From Wolbachia endosymbiont of Drosophila innubila (GTDB taxonomy: Bacteria > Pseudomonadota > Alphaproteobacteria > Rickettsiales > Anaplasmataceae): DNA of 32,000 bases. Shown here piece after piece: positions 20,821 through 30,594 of this stretch. Under the pieces are notes generated by a model that worked only from the letters and a program-made list of their open reading frames with translations, was not told where the DNA came from and searched no databases. Every line of letters starts with the position of its first letter. Positions within the stretch are counted from its first letter, which is position 1. The position numbers were made by a program, and so were the translations under genes. The stretch spans positions 330,001 to 362,000 of the forward strand of contig NZ_CP076228.1 of assembly GCF_021378375.1 (NCBI RefSeq). The letters run 5' to 3'.

Positions 20821-21747
20821 CTACCCATCCAAAACTATATCAACAGGTAAACCTACTGCTTGCAAAATAATATCAATAGAAATTCCCCCTTTTACTAGAT
20901 CCTTTGCAACTTTAATCCTTTCTATCTCTCTCACTTTCTCCTCACAAATACGTATTCCCTCAAACAGAGATTTTATTAGTGCATTACGTAGTTCTTGGCT
21001 CTCAATTTCTTTGTATTCTTTAATTAAATCAGGTAGCTCATTTTCCACTCTACTACCTTCATCTTCCTCTGTTAGTAGATCTGTAATACTAATCGATAAT
21101 GCTTCTGCTATCTCATATAATTTTCCCAGTGGAGTAGCTACGCGTCCTTGTTCATAGTTGCTTATTTCGTCACGTGTTGTATTCATTTTCTCTGCTAAAT
21201 CCTTTTGAGTATACTCTCTCACTAGCCTCCATTCTTTTATCTTTTTTCCTATTTGGCAGTATATAGAACCAACTTTTTCTTCAATACATTCATCAGCAGG
21301 CAGACCAATTGTTTTTGCAACAATATCAACAGAAACTCCTGCTTTAACCAAACCCTTTGCAATTTTTATTTTTTCTGATTTTTTACTACTTTTTTCACTA
21401 ACTTTGACAAATTTAGTTAATAAACAAAACATCCTACGTAACTCCTGATCATTAATCTTTTTATATTCTCTTACTAGATTTAATATTTCTCCTTCCTCAT
21501 TTTTAAAGCCGATTTTCTCCTTTGATGCAGTAATGAGATCGGTAATACTTACTGACAATGCACCTGCTATAGCGTACAACCTTTTGATTGAAATTCTACG
21601 ATTCCCTTTCTCATATTGCAGTATTACCCAGTATTTTACACCAATTTTCTCAGCTAAATCTTTCTGAGTATACCCCCTCTCTAACCTCCAACTTTTCACT
21701 TTTTCCCCTACTTCATAGTCTAGAATTTTTTCCACGCAAAGAACCAT
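20821..21747 (-). CDS. Transcriptional regulator with two tandem XRE-type HTH domains
   Basis: 308 aa. YTQKDLAEKIGVKYWVILQYEKGNRRISIKRLYAIAGALSVSITDLI and YTQKDLAEKMNTTRDEISNYEQGRVATPLGKLYEIAEALSISITDLL. Confidence 0.92.
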   Translation of the reverse strand: MVLCVEKILDYEVGEKVKSWRLERGYTQKDLAEKIGVKYWVILQYEKGNRRISIKRLYAIAGALSVSITDLITASKEKIGFKNEEGEILNLVREYKKINDQELRRMFCLLTKFVKVSEKSSKKSEKIKIAKGLVKAGVSVDIVAKTIGLPADECIEEKVGSIYCQIGKKIKEWRLVREYTQKDLAEKMNTTRDEISNYEQGRVATPLGKLYEIAEALSISITDLLTEEDEGSRVENELPDLIKEYKEIESQELRNALIKSLFEGIRICEEKVREIERIKVAKDLVKGGISIDIILQAVGLPVDIVLDG

Positions 21748-21822
21748 ACATATAATATTTTCTACTATAGCTCAAAGGCTCCAGATATAATAGCCAGACT
21801 CTGGAACCTTTAAATTGATGAA

Positions 21823-23061
21823 TTAAAGTGCCCTACAAGTTTCTTTACTATTTTCACGTACTTTGTCTGCCCATGAAAACAATTTTTCACTTACTTCCTT
21901 CTGCTTTTCACTCCATATGCCGCACCTAGTGAAATTACCTCTCTCTACTGCTTCTTTAAGTTTTACTCCTCCAAAGAGACAGTTTTTTCCTATTTCTTCT
22001 CCTATTTTTTGTAATTCAGCCCACATTTCCTTGTTTTCTACTCTCAATTGTACTTGATCATATTTTTTTACATCGTGGTACAATATAATATTTAGCTTAC
22101 CAATGCTTGTAGGAAATTCTAATATAATAGAGCTTTCATCTGACATATCGATATAGTTTCTTATACCTTCCTTCTCACTTTTAACCTCAACTGCATCATT
22201 GCCAATTTTTAAAATATTACTTCCTAATTCTCTCAGTATTTTGGCTACCTCTACCTTGCTATCATCAGAAAATTCTATATACGATGTTGTATTATCTATC
22301 TCAACATCTATTAATTCTCCTTCTTGCACAGCACTTTCACCAGCCTTCTCTAGTTCTTCTAGTCTCTTATCTATCTGTGGCTGAACTTCTGGCTGTAGCT
22401 CATTATAGATTTCACCTATTAGTTTATTCTGCAATAAAGTATCATGAAAATCTGCACCACTTAGCATTAATTTACGCATTATCTTTTTTCGATCAGTCTT
22501 ATCAAATTTATGAAAATGTGTACCCAATACTACATACTCTGCAATGCTCCATTCCCCATCGTTATATGCATTTATTCTTGCTCCAGAGGCTAGTACTTGG
22601 TCTATAGTTTTGTGCAATTCATTTATGTTCTTTGCCTCTACCACAGCACTCTTAAACCAGCTCAACTTTTCACTTTCGCTTGCACTTGGCTTTATTTTTT
22701 GCAAAGATGAAGCAAATGGGTTTAACATTTCCGGATAATCTGCTTGATCGCTCACAGGTTTTGTGCCATATATGTAATCAAGTCCTTTTCCGTAGTTGAT
22801 TTTGTTTTCGCGAACGTTTTTGCTAGGAAAAGGCACCTCTCCAAGCTTTTTAGCCTTATTAATTTTGCTTACAAAGCTATTACAACTAAGACCACTTAAT
22901 ATTCCCGACTTATCGCTTGTAGAAGTGAGTTGCTGGCTAGTACGACCAATTCCTACAATAGCATTTAACATCTCACCTTTTGATAATTTATCAAGATCAA
23001 CGTTTAACTCATAGATGCCTCCTTCCTTATCACCAAAAGGTACAATTATTTTATTAACCAT
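21823..23061 (-). CDS. Uncharacterised 412 aa protein of the WO-like regulator/RadC cluster
   Basis: Long uninterrupted ORF (MVNKIIVPFGDKEGGIYELNVDLDKLSKGEMLNAIV...), same strand and spacing as its neighbours. No domain confidently recognised by eye. Confidence 0.8.
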   Translation of the reverse strand: MVNKIIVPFGDKEGGIYELNVDLDKLSKGEMLNAIVGIGRTSQQLTSTSDKSGILSGLSCNSFVSKINKAKKLGEVPFPSKNVRENKINYGKGLDYIYGTKPVSDQADYPEMLNPFASSLQKIKPSASESEKLSWFKSAVVEAKNINELHKTIDQVLASGARINAYNDGEWSIAEYVVLGTHFHKFDKTDRKKIMRKLMLSGADFHDTLLQNKLIGEIYNELQPEVQPQIDKRLEELEKAGESAVQEGELIDVEIDNTTSYIEFSDDSKVEVAKILRELGSNILKIGNDAVEVKSEKEGIRNYIDMSDESSIILEFPTSIGKLNIILYHDVKKYDQVQLRVENKEMWAELQKIGEEIGKNCLFGGVKLKEAVERGNFTRCGIWSEKQKEVSEKLFSWADKVRENSKETCRAL

Positions 23062-23177
23062 ATTAGCCTCCGCTATTAAATATACTTTCTAAGTGTATAA
23101 CGAACTTTATTACTCAGTTGTTATACACTATATTACTTATTATAAATTATAGTGAGTAGATTTGCAAATATTTTCTG

Positions 23178-23834
23178 CTATAACAATCCACTTTCCTTAA
23201 AACTAAAATAGCCCCCACTTGTGATGATAATGTGGTCAAACAATTTAACGCTTACAGTACTACACGCTGCTGCTAGGCTCTTTGTTACTGCTTGATCTTC
23301 TTCTGACGGCTCTAAACTTCCTCCAGGGTGGTTGTGTGACATTATTATTAATGTTGCATTTTTTATTAATGCTTTTCTTATAATCTCCTTTATGTACACC
23401 GGTGCTTTTTCCATTTCACCAATATAGGATTCTTCTCCAACTAATTGGCGCCTTTTATTCAAGTACAGTATTTTTACACATTCCCTTTCTGAGTGGCCTA
23501 TACTTACGTTCAAGTACTCTACTAGCCCTTGTAAGTCCATTATTGGCTCTCCCTTGAGCTTTTCTCTCAGCACCCTTTCTAGTGTTTCCTTAACACACAT
23601 AATCATTGCTACTGCAGAATCAGTTACTCCTTCTATAACTTTCAGATCATCCATTTCTCTACCTAAAATCCTTCCTACTCCTGCATAAGTATGCACCAGA
23701 TTTTTAGCAATTTCTTGAGCTTGTGGCCTTTCATGTACTGCACTTAGAAATGTTTCCATTATTTCACGATCAAGTAGAGCTTTGCCTTTGCTTTCTAATA
23801 TTCTGAATTCTATTTCTTCTTTACTTTTATTCAT
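23178..23834 (-). CDS. radC: RadC-family JAMM/MPN domain protein (DUF2466)
   Basis: 218 aa with ATLIIMSHNHPGGSLEPSEEDQAVTKSLAAACSTVSVKLFDHIIIT, the RadC JAMM motif HxHPxG...SxxD. Confidence 0.92.
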   Translation of the reverse strand: MNKSKEEIEFRILESKGKALLDREIMETFLSAVHERPQAQEIAKNLVHTYAGVGRILGREMDDLKVIEGVTDSAVAMIMCVKETLERVLREKLKGEPIMDLQGLVEYLNVSIGHSERECVKILYLNKRRQLVGEESYIGEMEKAPVYIKEIIRKALIKNATLIIMSHNHPGGSLEPSEEDQAVTKSLAAACSTVSVKLFDHIIITSGGYFSFKESGLL

Positions 23835-24004
23835 ATAATTTACCCTTCACTAACAACAAACTTTTTTTAGATATTTACTGCTGTTTTCTTATCAGCATTG
23901 GCATAAAGCCATAGCTTTTGCGTGAAGTCAAATCAATTTTTAAATCTTTTTTACTTATTTTTTTATCAAAAAGTAAAGATATTAATATATAATGATTTTT
24001 TATT

Positions 24005-24943
24005 TTAAACTTGTTGAATTTCGTCCAAAGAGAGGCCTGTTATTTGCAAAATAATATCGGTAGAAATTCCTTTTTTAACTAAATCTTTTGCAATTTTCAT
24101 CTTTTCTGCTCTTTTCACTTTCTCTTCGTAAATTTGTATGCCTTCAAGCAGAGATTTTATTAGCACATACCGTAATTCTTGACTCTCAATTTCTTTGTAT
24201 TCTTCAATTAAATTCGGTAATTCATTTTCCACTTTATCATCTGCATCCTCTGTTAGTTCAAGTAGGTCCATGATATTAATCGATAATGTTTCCGCTATTG
24301 CATACAATTTTTCCAGTGGAATAGCCACACGTCCTTGTTCATAGTTGCTTATTTCGTCACGTGTTGTACTCATTTTCTCTGCTAAATCTTTTTGAGTATA
24401 CCCTCTCACTATCCTCCACTCTTTTATCTTCTTTCCTATTTTGCAGTATATAGAACCAACCTTTTCTTCAACACACTCATCAGCAGAGAGACCTATTGTT
24501 TTCGAGACAATATCGATAGAAATTCCTTCTTTAACTAGACCCTTTGCAATTTTTATTCTCTCTGTTTTTTTACTATTTTCTTCACCAACTCGGGCAAATT
24601 TGGTTAATAAGCAAAATACCTTACGTAACTCCTGACCGCTAATCTTTTTATATTCTCTTATTAAATTTAGTATCTCTTCTTCTTTATTTTCAAGATAGAT
24701 TTTCTCATTTGATACAGGAATGAGATCCACAATACTTACTGACAATGCTTCCGCTATAGCGTACAATTTCTCAATCGAAATTTTTCGTGTTCCTTTTTCA
24801 TATTGTAGTACTATTTGATATGTTACGCCGATTTTTCCCGCTAAATCTTTTTGAGTATATCTCTTCGCTAATCTACGATTTCTTACTTCCTGTCCTATTG
24901 CTTTGTAGTCTAAAAAGCTAGAGCAGTTATTCTCTTTTCTCAC
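24005..24943 (-). CDS. Transcriptional regulator with two tandem XRE-type HTH domains (close paralogue of 20821..21747)
   Basis: 312 aa. YTQKDLAGKIGVTYQIVLQYEKGTRKISIEKLYAIAEALSVSIVDLI and YTQKDLAEKMSTTRDEISNYEQGRVAIPLEKLYAIAETLSINIMDLL. Confidence 0.92.
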   Translation of the reverse strand: MRKENNCSSFLDYKAIGQEVRNRRLAKRYTQKDLAGKIGVTYQIVLQYEKGTRKISIEKLYAIAEALSVSIVDLIPVSNEKIYLENKEEEILNLIREYKKISGQELRKVFCLLTKFARVGEENSKKTERIKIAKGLVKEGISIDIVSKTIGLSADECVEEKVGSIYCKIGKKIKEWRIVRGYTQKDLAEKMSTTRDEISNYEQGRVAIPLEKLYAIAETLSINIMDLLELTEDADDKVENELPNLIEEYKEIESQELRYVLIKSLLEGIQIYEEKVKRAEKMKIAKDLVKKGISTDIILQITGLSLDEIQQV

Positions 24944-25011
24944 ATCTTATACTTCATAATCAGAAGAACTATTACGTATACTTAATTGGGAACCTTTTTG
25001 ACAAACTGAAT

Positions 25012-26194
25012 TCATCTCCTTTCAAACAATTTTTCTATATCACTTAGTTTCATTTCTATGTAAGTTGGTCTTCCATGGTTGCATTGCCCAGCATACGGTG
25101 TTTCTTCCATTCGTCTCAGTAGCTCATTCATTTCCTCTAACTTCATTTTTCTCCCTGCTCGAATCGATCCATGACACGCGACCGTGGCCAGCATTTTGTT
25201 CACCTTATCCTCTATTGGCAACATATCTTCCATTTCTGTTAATCTATCTACTACTTCAATTAGCATCTCTTTTATATCTATTGTTCCCAAGATTGCAGGT
25301 ATTTCTTTCACCCTTACTTTATCTTCTGATTCTATTTCAATACCAAAACCCATTTCAAAAAGCTTATCTTTATACATTTCAACCATCTCCATTCCTGCTT
25401 GGTTTTTAATCTCAACTATTTCAGGAAGAAGAAGCTTTTGCCTTTTTATGCTTGATTTTTGTTTTAAGCACTCATAGATCAACCTCTCATGGGCTGCGTG
25501 CTGGTCTACTATAATTAATTTGCCTTTAGCCTCAGCAATAATGTAAGTATTGTAGACCTGACAGCGTGCATATCCTAGAGGATAATCCTCTATAAAATCA
25601 ATTTGCTCCCTTTCTAGGGCAATAGTCTCCGCTTGTAGTAGGAATCTCTGTGTATCAGTATAGTCAAATGATTCTGACCGTTCTGATAAGCCTTTTTCTC
25701 CTGCATTTGGCAAGTTGAATTCTTTCATTAGCTGATTCTCAAAAGGACTTGGCCTCCTTCCGTAAAATTCTTTTTGACCCTTTACTTCTCTGCTTTTTCC
25801 ATTATTAACACACTCATTATTCCTTTGACTTTCACTAACATCAAAAGGTGAACCACTCAGTTCTTCTCCAATACCTTGACACCTAGATCCATTAATATCA
25901 CTCACTGAAGAGGTACCTATTCTCATTAACAACGCTTTTATTATCCCTCTTCTCACTATTTCATATATTAACCTTTTATTCTGAAATCTTACTTCTGATT
26001 TATTTGGATGCACATTTACATCTACTTGATCGTATGGTATACCTAAGTGCAGCACTGCAAAAGGATACCTCCCACTTGGAATAAAATCTTGATACGCATA
26101 TCGAATTGCACCAATAAGTAGATTATCCTTGATTGGCCTTCCATTAACAAACGTATAGATCTGAGTTGACTTACCGCGGTTGATAGTTGGTTTG
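25012..26194 (-). pseudogene. mutL: DNA mismatch repair protein MutL, C-terminal part only; N-terminal ATPase region replaced by a group II intron junction
   Basis: ORF 25012..26055 ([33 protein letters not shown]...[56 protein letters not shown]). Upstream bases translate in a neighbouring frame as [53 protein letters not shown], then stop abruptly at 26194/26195. Confidence 0.85.
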
Positions 26195-28490
26195 GTGCGA
26201 CCTGAAAGCCTTCGGTCATATTGTTTATAAAAGGAGAGGAATTCATTCAGAAAGAAACTGAAAGGATTCTAAAGCTTATTGAGCCAGATGTTTTGCCATC
26301 TGAGTCTACGCATCAGTGCGAATTGGGTAACCAGTTGGTGCCGAGCGACGCGGACAATGAACCTCCTCTTGATAAAGAAGATGCTCAATCGTGAGAGAAA
26401 GCATAAACTACAAGCATCATGTGGTTGGAGGGCTAGGCTTAGTGGTATGGTGAACGTAAGTGAAGCTTCATAAGTATCGTAACGATTAAAGAGCTAAAGA
26501 TGCTGATAAGCTCCGACCAAAAGGTAATGTGACATTTTTCATTTCTGGATGTACGCAAATAATAATTCCACCGGTATAGAGAAGCCACCTAACCCACTAT
26601 TGTATGACAAAAGGAACAGGATAAGCCTGTATTTTCGCCTATATGGCAGGCAACCCGCAAGGAATGCTGATGGATGTGCAGGTAAAGGATAATGGAGAAA
26701 GCGAATGCCATTTTGTAACGAAATGGATAGAATTTGTAACATTAATTCGCGTGAAAACGAGCAGACTTCCATTTGGTCCTTCATGACAAGAAACTTTGTT
26801 AACCACTTAAGGTAGGAAAGCAGATGATTACAAGTACAACTGTAAGTGCACCTACCAATAACTCCGAAGCATGGAACCAGTTACCCTGGAAGAAATGCCA
26901 AAAAGTTGTTATGAGGCTACAGAGGCGTATTGTTAAGGCTGTCCAACAAGGCAGATGGGGTAAGGTGAAAACTTTACAACACCTTCTCACACGCTCTTTT
27001 AGCGGCAAAGCTTTGGCGGTTAAGAGAGTAACTGAAAACCAAGGAAAAAACACAGCAGGTGTAGATCGTCAAATATGGTCAACTTGCAACACAAAATTTC
27101 AAGGAATAAAGCTATTAAAACAAAGAGGATACAAACCTTCTCCGCTAAAACGGATATACATCAGTAAGTCTAATGGCAAAAGAAGACCTCTTGGAATCCC
27201 TACGATAAAAGATAGAGCCATGCAAGCATTATACTTGTTTGCTTTGGAACCGATAGCTGAAACGATCAGTGATCGTCACTCTTATGGTTTTAGACCAAAA
27301 AGATCCTGCGCAGACGCTACTGTGGCTTGCCACTTGTTACTGGCAAGCCGTAACCAACTACAATGGATACTCGAAGGTGATATTAAAGGGTGTTTTGATA
27401 ACATTAACCATGAATGGCTCATGAAGCATATTCCTATGGAGAAGAAAATTCTTCATAGCTGGTTAAAAGCTGGCTTCCTAGAATCAAAAACTCTGTATTC
27501 CACAACTGCAGGTACCCCACAAGGTAGTATCATCTCTCCAATACTAGCAAATCTAGCCCTAAATGGACTTGAAAAATCATTGGAAAGTCAATTTGGTAAA
27601 CTTGGCAGTAAAAGAAGAAGCAAAATCAGAAGTGGAGTAAATGTAATCAGGTACGCAGATGACTTTATCATTTCAGGAATCACACGTGAAGTACTGGAAA
27701 ATGAAGTAAAACCTCTAGTATCGTCCTTTCTTCAGGAGAGAGGTCTTATCCTTTCCGAAGAGAAAACAAAAATTACATCTATTACAACAGGGTTTGACTT
27801 TCTTGGTTGTAATGTACGCAGGTATAATAAGAAGTTAATTATAAAACCTTCAAAAGAAAGTATTAAGAAACTTCTTAATAAAGCACGTACATTGATAAAG
27901 GCAAACATAGCGAACACTCAGGCCGTACTAATCAAGTTGCTCAATTCCCTATTAAGGGGATGGGAAAATTACTACAGCCATGTGTGTGCGAAAAGAGCTT
28001 TTAACAAAATAGACCATGAAATTATGTGTGCTCTATGGAAATGGGCAAAGAAAAGACATCCTCGTAAAGGATTACGTTGGATAAAGAATCGTTACTTCAA
28101 GGTAATGAAACAACGCCAATGGGTCTTTGCTGCACCCATATGCAAGAACAAACCGAAAGAGATAAGGTATTTAAGACTGCTTAGGTTGATTGATATACCT
28201 ATCAGACGACATGTTAAAATCAGGGCGGATGCAAATCCACTTGACTTAAAATGGAAAAAGTATTTTGATGAAAGAGTGAAACAAACAAAAATGTTAGCAA
28301 GCTCTTTCTCAAGAGAAGGTTCTCTGCTGTTGGTGTCACCATTAAGAATGATGTTTTCTGAGGAATCATGAAGGACAAGCCGGTTCGAGAAAAGAAGGAC
28401 TTAGATAAGGGGCTCAAGCGTAGTGTGGAGAAACCTGCATGCTGCGTTTCTAAGGGAGGGAGTAGTAGCAATACTACTTCCTTACCTAAC
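26195..28490 (+). mobile_element. Group II intron copy 2 (2296 bp) with intact maturase ORF
   Basis: 5' GTGCGACC; 3' D5-like hairpin (~28417..28448), D6-like hairpin (~28458..28481) and ...ttacctaac terminus. Near-identical to 2854..5140. Confidence 0.92.
26824..28371 (+). CDS. ltrA: Group II intron-encoded reverse transcriptase/maturase
   Basis: 515 aa: GKRRPLGIPTIKDRAMQALYLFALEPIAETISDRHSYGFRPKRS, TPQGSIISPILANLALNGLE, VIRYADDFIISG catalytic motif, maturase region WENYYSHVCAKRAFNKIDHEI. Confidence 0.96.
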   Translation: MITSTTVSAPTNNSEAWNQLPWKKCQKVVMRLQRRIVKAVQQGRWGKVKTLQHLLTRSFSGKALAVKRVTENQGKNTAGVDRQIWSTCNTKFQGIKLLKQRGYKPSPLKRIYISKSNGKRRPLGIPTIKDRAMQALYLFALEPIAETISDRHSYGFRPKRSCADATVACHLLLASRNQLQWILEGDIKGCFDNINHEWLMKHIPMEKKILHSWLKAGFLESKTLYSTTAGTPQGSIISPILANLALNGLEKSLESQFGKLGSKRRSKIRSGVNVIRYADDFIISGITREVLENEVKPLVSSFLQERGLILSEEKTKITSITTGFDFLGCNVRRYNKKLIIKPSKESIKKLLNKARTLIKANIANTQAVLIKLLNSLLRGWENYYSHVCAKRAFNKIDHEIMCALWKWAKKRHPRKGLRWIKNRYFKVMKQRQWVFAAPICKNKPKEIRYLRLLRLIDIPIRRHVKIRADANPLDLKWKKYFDERVKQTKMLASSFSREGSLLLVSPLRMMFSEES

Positions 28491-29108
28491 CAGGTCGCTA
28501 AAACTAAGGGCTTTGAAAAACGCGCACAACTTTATGCTGCTAAGGCTTACTCAAGACAAGCTGATAAATCTGGTAAATACGTTGATTTAAAGAAGATTTT
28601 CTTTATCGCGATTTCAAATTGTACCTTATTCCCTGATAAGCTTGACTATATATCTAGCCATACCATAAGAGATGAAAAAACCAATGAGCATGACTTAAAA
28701 GATTTTCAATTTATCTTCATAGAGCTGCCAAAATTTCCTAAGAGTAGAGAAGAACAACTAGAAAGTGTAGTAGACCGTTGGCTATTTTTTTTCAAATATG
28801 CAGATGAAACAACGGACGAAGATCTCAGAAAAATTGCGGAAAAATCACCAATAATAAAGCTAGCATATGATGAATTAGATAAGTTTCACTGGAATGAAAA
28901 AGATCTAATAACTTATGAAGAAAGAATAATGGATCTGCGCAAAGAAGAAGCCATTCTTGAATACAGACTTGATCTTGCTAAAGAGGAAGGTAGAAAAGAG
29001 AGGGAAATTGAAGTCGCAAAGAATCTACTTAAAGCAGGTGTTTCTATTGATATCATAGCTCAAACTACTGGTCTTTCTATGAGTGAGATCAAAGAATTGC
29101 AGAATTAA
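28491..29108 (+). pseudogene. 3' exon of a second Rpn-family nuclease gene; 5' exon absent
   Basis: QVAKTKGFEKRAQLYAAKAYSRQADKSG...; identical to 5141..5630 for 490 nt, then a divergent paralogous tail (AKEEGRKEREIEVAKNLLKAGVSIDIIAQTTGLSMSEIKELQN). No rpn exon 1 upstream of the intron. Confidence 0.85.
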
Positions 29109-29478
29109 GTGTGAATGGTTACGAAAAATATAAGTTTTTGCGATAAACGACATAGTGATGTATTTGTTGTTCAGCATGTCAGTGGAATATTTTCTGGTAT
29201 CTGTTCAGATGCATGGCTAATGCTGAAACAAAAATTCCAGTGCTCCTTTTTTTGTCATCCCAGTCTGGAATCCAGATTGGGCACTAAGTTGGTAAACACG
29301 AAAGCGCTTTACAACGTTTTTGATGGAACTGTGCAAAAGGACTGGATACCAGTGTCAGCTACTTGCATGATACCCATTTGTTCCTATAGTTGCTTTTCTC
29401 GTCTACCTTATTTTGCCACTCATCTGAACAGATACCCATTTTGGAGGGATACCAATAATAGTTGTGAGCGGTACAAGT

Positions 29479-30594
29479 TTAGTCCATATACCTTCCAAGC
29501 ATAACACGCTCACGAAACTTTAATGCGATAGCTTGGTTTCTACTGAAAGACAGCATTATGCCAAGTGCGATGCTCGAAGATAAAAGAGAAGAACCACCAT
29601 AGCTAAGTAACGGCAGGGTTATGCCGGTGGTAGGAAAAACACTCAATGTTACCCCTATGTTTATTATGAATTGTGTGATGAATTGCATTGAGATACCGAG
29701 AATCACCAACAGATTAAATAATTCATTTTCCCTATATGCAATGTAAAGCAAGCGGGCGGAAATGATGCCAAATAACATCAATGTGGCTAAGCACGTAATC
29801 AAACCAAATTCTTCTGCTAAAACAGAAAACACAAAATCTGTATGACAATCAGGAAGAGAGGCTTTTACGCTACCTTCACCAGGTCCAACTCCAGTTAATT
29901 GACCTCTTTTGAATGCTTCTAATGATTTTGTGACTTGAAAGTTATCGCGCTGCGTAAAAAAGACAAAATTGTAAATCCTTTGCTTTATATGTGGGAGGCA
30001 TAAGTAAGCTATTGTAGTTCCAGTTGTGGCCATTCCTATTATGCATAGAAAGTATAAAAATGGTATACATGCAATAAACATTTGACCGATAAAAGAATAT
30101 GTTAAAAGCATAGACATACTGAAATCAGGTTGCAAAAGTAACAACACAAAAACTAACAGAAATATTATGATTGATATGTGTATTTTAAACTTCATTTCGC
30201 TGGCCAAGATACTAGCTATAACAACAGAAAAAAATGGCCTTACGAACTCAGATGGTTGAACAGAAATTTTGACAATATGTAACCATCGTTTCGCACCTTT
30301 TACCTCTATACCAAGTATTATCGCAGTTGCTACTAGAATAGTAAATAAAGCGAAACCTGCGAATGAGAGGTTAAGTATAGTTCTTGTGTTGAGAAAAGAA
30401 AATGTCACCAAGGTAATTAGTGACAGGACTATATAAATTGTATGGCGCCGTATAAAATAATCCTGTGGTAGAGAAAGACGCTGCGCAATTACAGGGCTTG
30501 CTGAATAAACAAGAATGAAGCTTATAGTGAGCAAAAAAAACACTGGAAGGATGAGATAATAATCCAGCGTTCTATACCAGAGTTTAATATTCAT
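29479..30594 (-). CDS. ftsW: SEDS-family peptidoglycan glycosyltransferase FtsW
   Basis: 371 aa polytopic protein: [57 protein letters not shown]. Confidence 0.93.
   Translation of the reverse strand: MNIKLWYRTLDYYLILPVFFLLTISFILVYSASPVIAQRLSLPQDYFIRRHTIYIVLSLITLVTFSFLNTRTILNLSFAGFALFTILVATAIILGIEVKGAKRWLHIVKISVQPSEFVRPFFSVVIASILASEMKFKIHISIIIFLLVFVLLLLQPDFSMSMLLTYSFIGQMFIACIPFLYFLCIIGMATTGTTIAYLCLPHIKQRIYNFVFFTQRDNFQVTKSLEAFKRGQLTGVGPGEGSVKASLPDCHTDFVFSVLAEEFGLITCLATLMLFGIISARLLYIAYRENELFNLLVILGISMQFITQFIINIGVTLSVFPTTGITLPLLSYGGSSLLSSSIALGIMLSFSRNQAIALKFRERVMLGRYMD

Noticed and set aside
20756-21157. 133 aa plus-strand ORF and similar ORFs (19849..20139, 22284..22607, 25065..25409)
   Set aside because: All are antisense to well-supported genes; their size is a by-product of low-GC coding sequence on the opposite strand.
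28368-29108. 246 aa ORF starting within the intron and reading into the rpn 3' exon
   Set aside because: The first ~41 residues derive from intron D4-D6 RNA sequence. Only the part after 28491 is real rpn coding sequence.
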